Assembly (NCBI GenBank): GCA_964016885.1 | Contig: OZ024744.1 | Coordinates: 62,434,001-62,498,000 of the forward strand | Source: Eledone cirrhosa | Lineage: Eukaryota | Length of the DNA stretch: 64,000 bases | Direction of reading: 5' to 3' | In this document: one piece after another, positions 13,265 through 26,412 of the stretch | How the letters are laid out: every line of letters begins with the position of its first letter | How positions within the stretch are numbered: position 1 is the first letter of the stretch | Program-made: the position numbers and the translations under genes | Notes under the pieces: model-generated | Database searches by the model: none | What the model was told of the DNA's origin: nothing | Seen by the model: only the letters and a program-made list of their open reading frames with translations

Positions 13265-14586
13265 TATATATATTTCGTTTCTGAATTTGTTTAGCAAGAT
13301 TCTTTATCTGAAAACGTGTGTTGAAACCGATATTGTTATACTTTGGGGAGGGTCATGTTGCCAATAAGAAACACACGCACCAGTTGCTTTCACTTCAATT
13401 TATTATAATAAATTTATAAATTTCCGGTTGGTTGGTTGGTTCCACAACCAGATGGTTGTTTATATATTGTCAAAGTTCTTTTGTCACACATTCTGTGACC
13501 TCTTCAGTGACTGGGGATTCTTTTCTTTGTTTTTTGTGCCTCTCCTTTGTTCTGTCCTACGCCATCTTGTTTTTGTGTGTTGTGTGCTTAGTTTGCGCAT
13601 GTGTTACATCCGGGTGTCTGTGTGTGTTTATATTCGTTTATTTATTTGTTTATTTACATGTTACAGGTTGGTTATTTGTTCTATGTGCGTGTGTGTTTTC
13701 ATTTTATCCTTAATTGTAAGTTGTGATGTTGCTGTTCCACTCATGTTTTCTATTTAATTTTGGTTGTAATTCATTTATGTTTATTGCCTCTGTGATTTGT
13801 CTAAACATTGCGTCTTTTCTGTGTGTAGATTCTATTTTTATTTCTATGTTCTCTAATTTACCCTTATGTTCTATTTTAGCATGTTGGTAGAGTACAGATG
13901 ATTCTTTACTATCTTAAAGGTCTCGCCAGTGTTCATTTATCCGTTCCCCTATACTACGAGCTGTCTCACCTATGTACACTATATTTTTATCTCTACATTG
14001 TCCTTCAGTACATCTTATGCTATATACTACATTTCTAGTTTTACAGTTAATATGGGGGCTTAATTTACAGATTATACATTTCTTATCTATACAGGGAGGT
14101 CTTTGAAAAGGGTATGTCTTGCTAATAAGTGTTTTTATGGAGGTATCTGGTCTTTCTACTATCTTAATATTGAGTTTATGTTTATCTAGGGACCTTCTAA
14201 ATTTGTAAGCTAGTTCACCTTTAGGGGTTGTATCGATGAACATTACACTCTGGTATTTATTGCTATCATACCATGAGTTTATTCTATTAGCCTTATTCCT
14301 AGTTCTTTCTATTCTATTCCAAAATTTACTCCTATACAAGGGGCAGGTCCCATTTGTGTCATTATTTACCATTTTTTCCCATTTGGTTCTGGCTCCTCTA
14401 TACACTCTGATTTTATCTCTCTGATTGTAACCAGAGAACTGCATACAGTGGGTGAAGTGTTGTATGTGTCTCTCTAGTTCTTCGGGGTTGCACATGCGGG
14501 ACACGTTTCTCATCACCCATACAAAATCCGCAATCAGTATGTTGATTTTGGTATGGTCCGAAACAGCTGAGTTTCGGTGGATCAGA

Positions 14587-14590
<4 letters not shown>
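13265..14590 (-). mobile_element. Penelope-like element, 5'-truncated: RT thumb plus GIY-YIG endonuclease and 3' UTR
   Basis: ORF 13914-14696 has CKTRNVVYSIRC..IVYIGETARSIGERINEH; reading continues past the stop (SSVLYQH..RQITEAINI..PKLNRKHEW) to ~13740. Confidence 0.9.
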
Positions 14591-14625
<35 letters not shown>

Positions 14626-14648
14626 GTAATCTGAGTTTTTCGAATATT

Positions 14649-14831
14649 AATAATTGTTTCTACTTTAGGCACAAGGCCAGCAATTACCCAGTGCATTACT
14701 GGTACTTTATTTTATCGACCCCGTAAGGATGAAAGGCAAAGTCAACCTCGGCGGGATTTGAACTCAGATCGTAAAGGGACGTAACTATGCTGGAAAGCAT
14801 GGCGTCCGACCCTCTACCGATACTGCCAATC
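14649..14831 (-). mobile_element. tRNA-derived SINE (family A)
   Basis: Near-identical to 44399-44589. Confidence 0.9.
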
Positions 14832-15034
14832 TATATTAATAATAATATTTGATTTGTTTGCAAAAATGCAAACAAGCATCATTTTTAAACCATGTCAGTA
14901 GAATGAACCCTTCATTCTTGCTTTTGTGTTGGCATGTAAACAGAACTGCAGACACTAATGTTTCTGGGTATTACCCTTCATCAGTACAGTTCACTGTTCA
15001 CCTGTCAACTGTCAGAATTAGTGAAAATATATAA

Positions 15035-15825
15035 TGAATGAAATTATTGTGTAAAGTGCTCAGGTGCACTACAACTTGTCAATATAGTACATAGAATAAT
15101 ACACAAATGTCAGGGAAGTACATGTTTGTATGTGTTAGCTGTAGTGTTGGCGGATCTCGGGAAGCATGGAGGCCTTAAAGGATGCAGTGTCTCGACAGCT
15201 AACAACTGATGCAGGTAGTTTGTTCCATGCTTCAGCAACTCTGAGCGTGAAAAAATGTTTCCGAAAGTCATGGGAACTGTGCTGTTTTCTTACTTTGTGG
15301 GCATGTCCACGTGTGTTAGACACATGGAAATCGAAAAGGCACTCAGGGTTGTTGTTGGCAACATGGTTAACAATTTTGTGGGTGTTTACCAAGTCAGTTG
15401 CCAGGCGTCGGAGCTTCAATGAATCCATGCCCAGGGAAGCAAGGCGCTCAGAGTATGGTAGATGCCTGATGGAGGGTATTCGCTTGGTTGCACGTCTCTG
15501 AACAGTTTCCAGGCGGTCAATGTCCTGAGCAAGATAGGGGTTCCAGACTGGTGATGCAAATTCTAAGTGTGGTCGCACCATAGCTGTATACAGCCTTAAA
15601 TAGATATCTGGAGAGCGGCTGACAAAGGTCTTGCTGAGTGATGCTAAGACACCCTCGGCCCTCTTGACAATTTTAGAGACGTGCCTCGTCCAACGCAAAT
15701 CGCTGCTGACCGTAATGCCCAGGTCACGTTCACAGGAAGACTTCTTGATATTAGTGCTGTGGAGGGAGTATGTGGACGCTGGGTTTTTACTCCCAATACA
15801 TTTATTGTATTCAGCCATGTAGAGC
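15035..15825 (-). mobile_element. CR1 LINE 3' end (RT C-terminus and 3' UTR)
   Basis: ERDLGI..LYTAMVRPHLEFASPVWNPY..LETVQRRATK..RGH..FFTLRVAEAWNKLP; 3' UTR shared with 39350-39495. Confidence 0.9.
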
Positions 15826-15843
15826 GAAAACAAATTTTTTTTA

Positions 15844-15878
<35 letters not shown>

Positions 15879-16522
15879 TTTACGTCTGTTTTTCCCTGCT
15901 TGCAAGGGTGGGATATATATATATTCTTTTAGAATATAGAAAACAGTTGATTGCTATAAATTAAAACTTAGAAAGTTGGGTAAAATACTTCTACAGACAG
16001 AAAGAAGACAAGTTTAGTTTACTGTAGCAGTTGCTGGTCAGTTTTCTTCTGTCTGTAGGGTACTTTACCAGATTTTCTAAACTAATATGCTAATATTTAT
16101 AACAATTGCCTGTTGTTACACCTATTTCCTGCAATTGGGATTCTTGCATTTTCTAAATGAATTTCAAATTACCCAGTACTTCAATATATATATATATATA
16201 TATATACATACACCAAAGAGGACATAAAATGATGATGATGATGACACCCATGCTAGTGTGGAAAATGGATGTTAAATGATGATGATGTTATATATGTATG
16301 TGTGCGTGTGTGTCGGTATGGTGCAAGATCATTTTAAACAACATTTTTGTGTTTTTACTAGCATCTCCACTTTTTCAGGAATATTGATATGAGAACTAGC
16401 ATGACCCTGGCAAAAAAAAAAAAAAATCTAGCAAATAAAGGACACAATCAGGAATATATATTTCTATGGTATGCCTATTCTTATATCTAGCCTGTTTATA
16501 TACTACCAATAAAGATTCTAAC

Positions 16523-16654
16523 TTCATTGCTTCTGAAGAAGACAGTATGATCGAACCTATATATTATGTCTGATAGTATACAGTTCTCTAACTGTTATAG
16601 ATCAGTCAGTATATCAATATGATCAACCCTCCGAAACGATTGTAAAACAATGAA
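16523..16654 (+). ncRNA. Type I hammerhead ribozyme with a long stem II region (Penelope pLTR)
   Basis: ttcattgctt-CUGAAGA (16533-16539)...GAAAC-gatt-GUA (16633-16644)-aaacaatgaa; stem I pairs 9/10; base of stem II degenerate. Confidence 0.6.
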
Positions 16655-16825
16655 AGAATTTTTTTTAATAACTTGCCTTTGTTATTATTATCATTGTTAA
16701 ACTAATATCTTATATATATATATGCTAGCATGGTAAAATGATATCATCATCATCATCATTTTACGTCCACTTTTCCCTGCTTGCAATATATAAGATATTA
16801 GTTTAACAATGATAATAATAACAAA

Positions 16826-17800
16826 CGTTTAGACGAACACTTTCCTCTAACACACAAATTCCATAAAATACTAAATAGAGACACGATCCGACTATTCTAT
16901 TCCACCACAATTAACCTGGGCAATTTCATGATAAAATTGAATAACGAATGCCTCCGCAGGTATAGCAATACCAATAGCCAATGGAAACCCGGACATAATC
17001 TGAACCCTCAGCATCATCTGCAGCCTCCAAGACTGAGCAGACTGGCACCTGCAAATACCAATGTCTCTTCTACTTTACTCGCATATCCGGAGTAGCAACA
17101 AAATACCTGGAATAACACCCCCAACCAGGGAGGAAACCACACACTATACACGGACAAACTGCAATCACAAAAATCCCAGTAATTGCCCTCTATCAGGTAA
17201 ATGTTTATACAAAAATATAATTTACAAATCTGTGGTAAAGTCTAAACTGGGGATATATAAATATGTGGGTGCCACTTTGAATATTTCCAAGAAAAAATGG
17301 TATGTGTACACCCACACAACACCCCAGTTTAGCTAGATCTTCTGCCCTGGTGAAAGGAATCTGGCATCTGAAATGTGCTAATATTGAATAAACACTAAAA
17401 TTCTCCTGCCCTTACCGGAATGAAAGACACCCCTGTGAACTATGTTTGACGTAGGAAATTGAAATAACGACCAGAAAGGACCTTCTAAATTCCCAGCATG
17501 ATAGGATATTTAATTGTTCTAAAAACCTTCGCTAAGTACAAACTGGATTAGAACAAGATTCGATCCCTAATATCTAGCTTTTACTACATCCTATTTGGAA
17601 CATTTCCTGTGGTATTTGAACTTTTCACAATCCCATTTTCTTAATTCCTCTCCTCCTTACCCACTCTAACCTACTCTTAATCTCTATCTTACCTTTCTCT
17701 GTCCTTCTCCTTATACCTTCTCTACCCCCATATATGGTAAACATTAAAACCTTTACCTATAACAATGGTCAAATAATAATTGTTCTGCATCACTTGTTTA
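16826..17800 (+). mobile_element. Neptune-like Penelope element remnant (GIY-YIG region)
   Basis: LDEHFP.HKFHKILNR.TI..YSTT.NL; CN..NPSNCPLSGKCLYKNIIYK..KYVGAT; later IWHLK and CELCLT, with frameshifts. Confidence 0.8.
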
Positions 17801-17811
17801 TATATATATAT

Positions 17812-20085
17812 TTTAGTCTTAGGTTCTTCTGCAACGTTCGGTGCATCGAGCAGTAAGTACTCACCAACGGTCATAATCAGCGGCGACTTTTTCATGTCCG
17901 TGCCAAGTGATGTTGGCTGCCATCAGGTCTTTTCTGAACGTTCGTCACCAGGTGATCCTGGGGCAACCCCGCCTCCATTTGCCGCCAGGTGGAGTCCAGT
18001 TCATCGCTGTTTTTGAGTGTTGTTCGTCGGGCAGTCAACCATCCTCTGTAGCGTCCACTACTTGGCTCTCCACAGGATTTCCTTGTTTCGCACTCGATCA
18101 CACCAGGACACATGAGGGATCATTCTCAGGCACCGCTGATGGAAAGTGTTCAGCCATCTCTCTATCTTTGCCATGCTCTGTCGGTAGCACGATGCTCTTG
18201 TACATGCGCAGCTTGGTCCTAGTGCTGATGCATGAAGATGACCAGACTGGGTGCAACCACTGAAAAACTGCGGTTCCTTTGCCGATCCGACAGTTGATGT
18301 GAGCTCTGCATCACCATTGTTTGCTAGGATGCTGCCCAGATAGGTGAAGTGATCGACTTTCTCCAGGTCTCATTGGTTGACTCTGATCGCTGGACCTGTG
18401 TTGTTGGCTGTTCTCATCACCTGGGTACTTTTGGTGTTGATTCTCAGGCCAATCTTTTCAGCACTCTCTTGCAGAGATGTTGTTAGGGCTTGCAGATCTG
18501 CACTGTCTTCAGCAATCAAAGCGATGTCGTCGGTGAATGCCAGGTCCCACAGCCTCGACTGGCCTCTCCATGGGATTCCTCGACCAGGTCCTTCCTCTGA
18601 TTGCCTTAGCATGAAATCAGCTTCCAACAGGAACAGCAGCGGAGAGAGAATACAATAACTGTCTGACACCGGAGACAATGTCAAAGAACTCTGTCACACT
18701 GGACTCGGTTCACCCGTAGCAGCTGGAGTTTGCGTACAGGGCTTTGAAAATGGTAATGAATCTTGCAGGAATGCCATATGAGTGCATGATATTTCACAGT
18801 GATTCCTGATGCACACTGTCGAATTGCTTCTGGAAATCAATGAAGTTGACCGCCAAAGGGTACTGGAGCTCAACACATTGTTTGAGGATGTTGCATAGTG
18901 TGAAGATCTGTCCGGTGCAAGATCAATTGTTTCAGAAGCTGGCTTGTTCTTCCCAGAGCACAGAGTTGACAGCCTGCCAGAGTCAACACAACATCACAGT
19001 GCAGAACGCCTTGCCTGGGACTAACAACAATGTGATATCGCGCCCGTTGTTGCAGTCGGCCAGGTTTCCCTTCTTCAGCAGTTTGACGATGACACCGCGT
19101 TGCCACTCAAAAGGAACCCAACCAACCTTCCAGCAGTGGTTCATCAAGTTTGTCAATGCTGTTATCATGCTATCCTCATCGAATTTGAGCAACTCTGTAG
19201 AGATCTCATCCAGCCCGCCTGCTTCGCCTCAAGTGATTTGGTCCTTGCAGACCTTGAATACCGCAGCGCTTGCTGGAGTCTCTGCAGTCAATTCTATCAG
19301 GTCAGCTGGATTTGGTTGGTTCAGCGTCTCCTGGAAGTGCTCCCTCCATCTCTGGTTCTGTTCTACTCGAAAGGCCAATGTCTTGCCATTTTTTACCTTC
19401 ACTGGCATGTTGGCACCGCTTGACACTCCCATCAACTCCCTCGTGATGGGGAACTGTGTTTTCGAGTCGTTGTGACCAGCAGCAGCTTCTGCCTTAGCAC
19501 CTTTTTTCACTGTCGCAAACATCACCTATTGATCTTCCAGATCGGCAGCCTCACTCAACTGCTGAAACCGGTTGTGCAGTGCCAGTTGGTACAGTTGTGC
19601 TTGACCGGGATCCTTTACTTTCTCCACTGCATATGACTTCGGTCTTTCCTGTCGTGTCCATTTCTTTAGGCGCAGCTGAAGTTCAGCACTCAGTAGGTGG
19701 TGGTCTGAGCCCACGTCTGCATCTCGGTACACTCTGATGTCGCGCACCGAGGACTGTCAGCACATAGTCAATCTCATTGTGCCTTTTCTGGTCCGGAGAT
19801 TACCAAGTAGCTTTGTGAATCGCCTTGTGTTTGAAGTAGGTGTTGCTGATGCACAAGCTGTGATGACACAAAAGAGTTGCAGTCTCCCACCGTTGTCCGT
19901 GGTGACTGCAGCAGAACCGAACGGCCTGGTGACCTGTTCCAATCCCTGTCAGTTGCAGTCAATCTAAGCATTGAAATCGCCAATCAGTAGTTTGATGTCA
20001 TGGCTGGGCAAGTTGTTGAATGTGTCCTTCATAGAAGGCGTCCTTGTCGATGTCGGTTGCATCATCAATCGGTGCGTAACTAGTA
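17812..20085 (-). mobile_element. GC-richer RTE-clade LINE (APE to RT to 3' end), decayed
   Basis: VGSDHHLL (APE), W..GVIVKLLKKGNL.DCNN.R.ITLL.VPGKAF, LSPLLFLL, LAFTDDIAL; 3' end ..TARCTERCRRT*. Confidence 0.85.
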
Positions 20086-20789
20086 GTGTACGGTGATTGA
20101 TGTCATATTAATATGCACACTACATTATTTCTATAATTATTAACACTTTAACCTGGATTAATTTGGGGTTGTGTGTGTATTTTTAGATTTGAAAAAAATT
20201 TTGAACAGGTTATATAATCTTTTCTTTGTGTTGAGTATAATGGAATTACCTTCCACACCCAGGCTATACACCCTTCAATTTAAAAAAAAGTTCTGAATCC
20301 AGAACACAAAAGAACTAAAAGCTGTTAGTTTTTTGTTCAATGCTTTACTTATTTTTTTGTTTCTTCCCACACTTAACTCACGCCTATGTATGCTCTACTT
20401 GTGTCGTCAGTTCACTGTCTTTTTTTTTTTTTTAAATAAACTGTTAAAAGGAATGTAAATTCATCTTATGTAAATTTGGGTGCATACATAGTTGTGTGGT
20501 TAAGAAGTTCACTTGAAACCCATATAGTGGAAACTGTTTAGATGCCCATCATATGTCTGTATTTACAGTGATGCTTAATTAACTCTTATAACATAGCAGT
20601 TCAACAAAAGAGATCGATATAATAAGTACCAAACTTGCAAAAAAGAAATCCCTTCCAAAAGGTGCCCCAGCATAGCCAAAGACTAATGACTGAAACCAGT
20701 AAAAAGATGAAAAGAATTTTTACATGACAATTGACAGAGTTATTAAAACATTAAATTAATTGCCTCAACATTCATTCTATTTTTCTGTG

Positions 20790-21090
20790 TTCTGAGTTCA
20801 AATCCTAGAGGTAAACTTTGTATTTCATTCTTTCAAAGGTCAATAAAATATATTACCAATCTAGTGTAGTGGGTTGGTGGAATTGATAAAATATTGGATG
20901 GGATGCCTTGTAGTAATTGTACAAGGCTCTCTGTATTCTGAGTTCAAATCCTGTTGAGATTGATTTTGCTTTTCATCCTTTCAGTGTATATATAATATAC
21001 ACCAGTCCAAGGGTGGAGGGCTTGCAGAATTGTTAAAGCATCAGATGGGATGCCTTAAAATAATTGTACAAGGCTCTCTGTGCTCTGAGC
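20790..21090 (+). mobile_element. Cluster of old SINE fragments including a local tandem duplication
   Basis: Repeated ctgagttcaaatcct and gatgggatgcctt..taattgtacaaggctctctgt. Confidence 0.6.
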
Positions 21091-22379
21091 TCTTGGGTGG
21101 TAAACTTAATCTGACACCTAGTTTTTAACATTTACATCACTCTATATTTACTATTGTATTTTCATGGTAATCACTTTACCTCACATAATTATTTCACATA
21201 ATATCGAATCTACGAGATTTTGATATTATTTATTTTGAGAACAATACCTTAACATCAATATGAGCAGCCAGTTACAGCCAGTTTGAACAGAAGGAGATGA
21301 GAGATTTCTGGCCAGATATGACCGGTTTAAATGCTAAACAGTGTTCACTTTCTTTCAAGTGTTTCGGTCAGGTGTCAAGTTTGTGGATACTTTTCTTCCT
21401 CCCTCATCCCATCCACTTTGGAACCCAGAAAAATCACAGCACCATGGGTGCTGACTTTCCCCACACTGAATAAACAGTAAAAAAAACAACAAAAACAATA
21501 AACCTATGATTTAAAGACATTTCACCCATAATCATCACAACTTTTTCGTTTTGATATCATGTATACAACCACCTTAGTGTTGGCACCATGATAAAATGGA
21601 GCAAGTACAGTGGTTGGTGTTAGGAAAGGCCTCCAGCTGTTGAAACTATGCCAAAACCAGAGAGAATGTATGTAAGTGTGACATGGTCATCATCTAGCCT
21701 GGAAAGACAGTAGCTCTGATTAAGTACTGACTTGGTCTGTGATGACCTGCTCAACTCATGCCAGCATGGAAAAATCATCATCACTCTTTAATGTGTTTTC
21801 TATGCCATCATGGGTTAGATGGCTGAGGCCAGACCAATCAAGTGACTAAGTCCTACTTGCATGCATTTTTTTGGCTGTGTGCCCTTCTTAACACCAACCA
21901 CTTTACAGTATGTATTGGGAGCATGGTTCCTATGGCTGTATGTCCTTTCTAATGCCATGGATCGTGGTGATGGCCTTGAAGCAAGTGGATGGTATCTGAC
22001 ATATTGTGGGAGTGTGCCAAATTTCCCTTGATGACCTAAAAACGGCGTTTATATACTGCTCTGAGCAAATGGATGGGTGGAGGTGTCTGTCATTTTGGGG
22101 TGTGCCAGGTTTTCCTGCATTGGGAAAGTGTTGGGGGTTCAAGGGTTTAGCAGGGATAATGAATGTCAAGGTTCATGCTAGCAGGGGGTTGGACAAACAA
22201 GTCAGGTGTATACTAGCAGGTGAAACCCAGAAAGTTGTTCCATCTCTTTGCTTCTGCAGGTTTAGAGTGGGGAAAGGGAATCAGGGGCAAGGTAGCAGGG
22301 AATTCAAGAGTATACTGGCAGGTGGGAACAGGGACCTGAGTATTATACCACCTTTTTGTCAGATTTAGGGTGGAAAGAA

Positions 22380-22752
22380 ATGATGATTATGATGGTGATG
22401 ATGATGATAAGGATGATAATGATGGTGGTGGTGGTGGTGGTGGTGGTGGTGGTGGTGGTGGTGGTGATGATGACAATGATGATGATGATGATAATAATAA
22501 GATTATGTTATCTGATGTGTCTTTGTTTTCCTTTCAAATCTGAGGGAGATTTTGGCTGCTATTTCTCATGGGTCGAATGATTGCATAAAGGTTTTCTCAG
22601 AATAAATAATACCAAAGCCAATTATCATCATCATCATCATCATCTTCATCATCATTATTATCATTATCATCATCATCATCATCATCACCATTGCTGCTGC
22701 TGCCACCATCACCACCGCCACCACCATCCCAATCATTATCATCACCATACCA
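22380..22752. repeat. (GAT/GGT)n and (CAT/CAC)n arrays in inverted arrangement
   Basis: Direct inspection. Confidence 0.9.
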
Positions 22753-22894
22753 CCCCTGGGCCTAGGGAGCGAGGCTGGTGGTGGGCACAAAATGAGGGAT
22801 GAGAAGAGGTAAACTAAGGTGGTAGTGCCTGAGTGGAGGTAGTATCAGGTCAGACTGAGGCAATTGTGGTAGTGGTAGAAAAGCCTAAGAGAGC

Positions 22895-23001
22895 GAGTAT
22901 GAGAGAGTAAGAGAGAGAGATAGAGAGAGAGAAAGGAAACAGAGGAGGGGGTGAGAGTAAGAGAGAGATAAGAAAGAGCGAATAGGAGAGAGAGAGATAG
23001 A

Positions 23002-23062
<61 letters not shown>

Positions 23063-23225
23063 AACAGAGGGGGGAGTGAGAGTAAGAGAGAGGTAAGAAA
23101 GAGAGAATAGGAGAGAGAGAGAGTAAGAGAGAGAGAGAGAGATAAGAAACAGAAGAGAGAGTGAGAGTAAGAAAGAGAGAATAGGAGAGAGAGAGATAGA
23201 GTAAGAGAGAGAGAGAGGAAACAGA
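22895..23225. repeat. (GA)n-based compound repeat
   Basis: Recurring gagagtaagagagag / aaacaga units around a pure (GA)n core. Confidence 0.9.
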
Positions 23226-23299
23226 TTGTCTGTTGGCAAGAGACTTACTGTCATGAAAAAGGCATGAACACCATACAATCTCATTTGGCCAACATATAT

Positions 23300-23828
23300 A
23301 TATGATCAAAATTGACGGAAGTTAAAAAACCTGGGACGACATGATAAATTCTGACCTTACACACTTGCACCTCTCTAAAGCAATGTCACTGGACCGAGAT
23401 CTTTGACGCTACGCAGTAATATAGAAGACCCGCCTTGTCTATGTACAAAGCGAAACCTACAGTCAGTAGGCACCTCTTGACCAAATATATACCCCAATCC
23501 ACTACCCCTACCCTATCCTCCCACTCCCACCAACACCACCCTCTCTCTGTAAAGTTGGTACCACAACATCCAGTCCAAATAAATGAGATCGAGATCGTGT
23601 AGGTGTCACTAGAAAAAACACAGTCCACGCTGTAATGTGGCCGTGTAGGCAACACAGTAAGTTCCCAGTTCCACACTGTAAATGTGGTTGGTGTTAGGAA
23701 GGGCATGCAGCCATAGAAAACCTGCCAGATAGTCCTATATGAGTGAGACACGGTCACTCGACCAGCCTTGCCTCAAGTGGGACAACTCCCGTCTAACCCA
23801 TGCTAGCATGGAAGATGGACGTTAAACA

Positions 23829-23900
<72 letters not shown>
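23300..23900 (+). mobile_element. 5'-truncated RTE family A 3' end with a long (GAT)n tail
   Basis: Matches the reverse complement of 45655-46240; ends ggacgttaaacaat(gat)n. Confidence 0.9.
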
Positions 23901-23902
<2 letters not shown>

Positions 23903-24039
23903 GCTCTGTGACTTATGTAAGTGTAGATCATATCTGAAATAAGTCTTCAACCTCATCATCCATTGATCCATTAAACTAAAACAATTATACATATGTATAT
24001 AGGTTAATTAGTATAGATAATTAATTTAGATTAATTCTG

Positions 24040-24575
24040 GTCATCACCATCATAATCATCATTATCATCATCATCATCACCACACCACCACCACACCACC
24101 ACCACACCACCACCACACCACCATCATCATCCTCACCACCATCACCCTCCTCACCACCATCACCACCATCATCATCATCATCATCATCACCATCTCCACA
24201 TCACCACCATTATCATCATCATCATCTTCATCATCATCATTGTCATCATCACCATCGTCACCATCATAACCACCACCACCACCACCACGACCAGCAACAA
24301 CACTACCAACACCATCAATTACCGCCACCACCATCATCTTTATCATTGTCATTATCACTGTTGTTATCATCATCAGCAGCATCATTGCTTTCACCCGACC
24401 CCACCACCACCTCCATCACCATCATCATCATAATCATTATCATCATTACAGTAGTCATTACCACCATCGTTATCATCATAATCATCATCATCACCACCAT
24501 CATCATCATTGCTATTATTGTCATCATAATTATCACTATGAACATTGTTACCATCATTGTCATCTTCATCATCAG
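24040..24575. repeat. Degenerate (CAT/CAC)n array
   Basis: Direct inspection. Confidence 0.9.
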
Positions 24576-24878
24576 GTAATGATATATGATGGCTATGATG
24601 TTGAACTCTCCAACTTTATGAGTATGATGGTTACAATGTTGAACTCTCCAACTATATGTATAGTCTTTGAGGTGTTTTGATTCTGCATTTTGTTTCCATG
24701 TCTGGAATTTCTTCTTTGGTAATATAATTAATTTCATTGTCCATATTCATTTCCACCAATTCTGATCTTATATAAGAAAAAGGAAGAAAGTTGATCCTCC
24801 AGATCAGACAAAAGAAACAATGTTGCCATTCATCATTCCGTAATTAATACTGTCTGCAGGTGGCACTGCTTATATATA

Positions 24879-25401
24879 CGAGGGAGCTTCAAAAAGTTTG
24901 TGGAAACTACATAGCTAAAAATCATATGCAACGATTATGACCACAATGCACCTGTATATTCTTGTACTAATGTGTCATAACATGTTCTAACATGTTGCAA
25001 CGCGGTGCCGCCAGTTGGAAGTCAGCACCTGCTCGAGAAACATGGCCTCCATCAAAACAAAATTCATGGTGAAGCTAGGATGGAAGAGCAGCTAGATCAT
25101 TGGAGCAAGTTTATGGGGACAATGCCCCAAAGAAATCAACAACCTACAAATGGATAAGTTGTTTTAGAAGTGGAAGAAATGAAGTTGAAGATGCTCCTAG
25201 TTGAGGATGTAAAGAAAAGCTGCTTTGACATGGTTTAAATCACATGGCCCTCAGTTTTACACAGATGGACTTAAAGGCTAGTATCAACTCTTGCAGAAGT
25301 GTATTGACCTAGATGGAGGATATATGTTGAAAAATAAACATCATAACTTAAACAGTTTTTTCCAGCTGTCCTTTTCCCACAAATATTTTGAAGCCCCCTC
25401 G
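24879..25401 (+). mobile_element. Internally deleted mariner (irritans/Hsmar2-like)
   Basis: TIRs cgagggagcttcaaaaagtttgtgg / ccacaaatattttgaagccccctcg with TA TSDs; transposase remnants KFMVKLGW, VYGDNAPKKSTTYKWI..F and QKCIDLDGGY. Confidence 0.9.
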
Positions 25402-25566
25402 TATATGTGTGTTAAAGAGTTGATTATCATATCAGACGAAAGAAATAATGTTTCCATTCATCTTTCCATTGCTGATACTGTCGGTTTCAACTTATGGCAG
25501 AAGAATCACTTATATAAAGGAGTCGATTGTCAGATAACCTTGCAAGCAGGGAAAAGTGGACGTAAA

Positions 25567-25602
<36 letters not shown>

Positions 25603-25603
<1 letters not shown>

Positions 25604-25780
25604 CACAGGAGCCATCTGGATTGTCCAGAGATGATGGGAAGAGAATAGATGGTCTTCCCTTTGTCCTTGGGTAAAATGTAGATGTCTCATTTTGGATGCC
25701 TCAGCCAGTGACTCCTTTGCTCCTTCCCACATCCTGGATGGTGTCAGGGTCACAACTTCCATAGCCAAATGGAATAAAAT
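25603..25780 (+). mobile_element. CRE-like RLE fragment
   Basis: EPSGLSRDDGKR.DGL..CPW..CLILDA..SDSFAPSHI, homologous to 60033-60467. Confidence 0.7.
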
Positions 25781-26091
25781 TTTTCCAGCCGCTGGCATTT
25801 GAGACATTTGGCGGAGCTGAGCAGCTTGTAAGAAAGTTCTTGTCATCTTTGGTGGCTCGCTTTACCGGGTGCCTGGTTGTTCCAACACCTTAGCCTCACT
25901 CTCATCTGTGGTAATGCTGCCTACCAAATCTACTATGTTTCCATTGGTCTTTCCATTGCTGATACTTTTGGGGAGGGAGGGGGGATATTTAATAACATTT
26001 TATTATTTGGTCGAACATACAGAAAAAGAAATCAGCATTGGAAAGGACTATGAATGCTATAAACGCCAAGAAAAGGAATGAAGAGCAAGCA

Positions 26092-26280
26092 GTAGATTGG
26101 CAGTATCGGTAGAGCATCAGGCGCCATGCTTTGCAGCATAGAATTATGGCCCTTTACATTCTGAGTTCAAATCCTGCCAAGGTTAACTTTGTCTTTCATC
26201 CTTACGGGGCCATTAAAATAAAGTACCAGTAATGCACTAGGGTAATTGCTGGCCTTGTGCCAAAAGTAGAAACAATTATT
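26092..26280 (+). mobile_element. tRNA-derived SINE (family A)
   Basis: A-box-like tggcagtatcgg, B-box gagttcaaatcc, tail gtagaaacaattatt. Confidence 0.85.
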
Positions 26281-26412
26281 ATGCAACGGAAGAAAGAAAG
26301 GGGGGAAGGGGAGGTGACAGATTCTCCACATAGGTCAGAATGGTGTTTTGGCTGCACCCTGCAGAGAAAATGGCATTGTTTGTAACTCATGGCAGTAGTG
26401 TCACTGCTTTGC

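Noticed and set aside
14515-14585. Possible hammerhead (hairpin followed by GAAAC)
   Set aside because: No CUGANGA in the right place; the stretch reads as Penelope ORF on the minus strand
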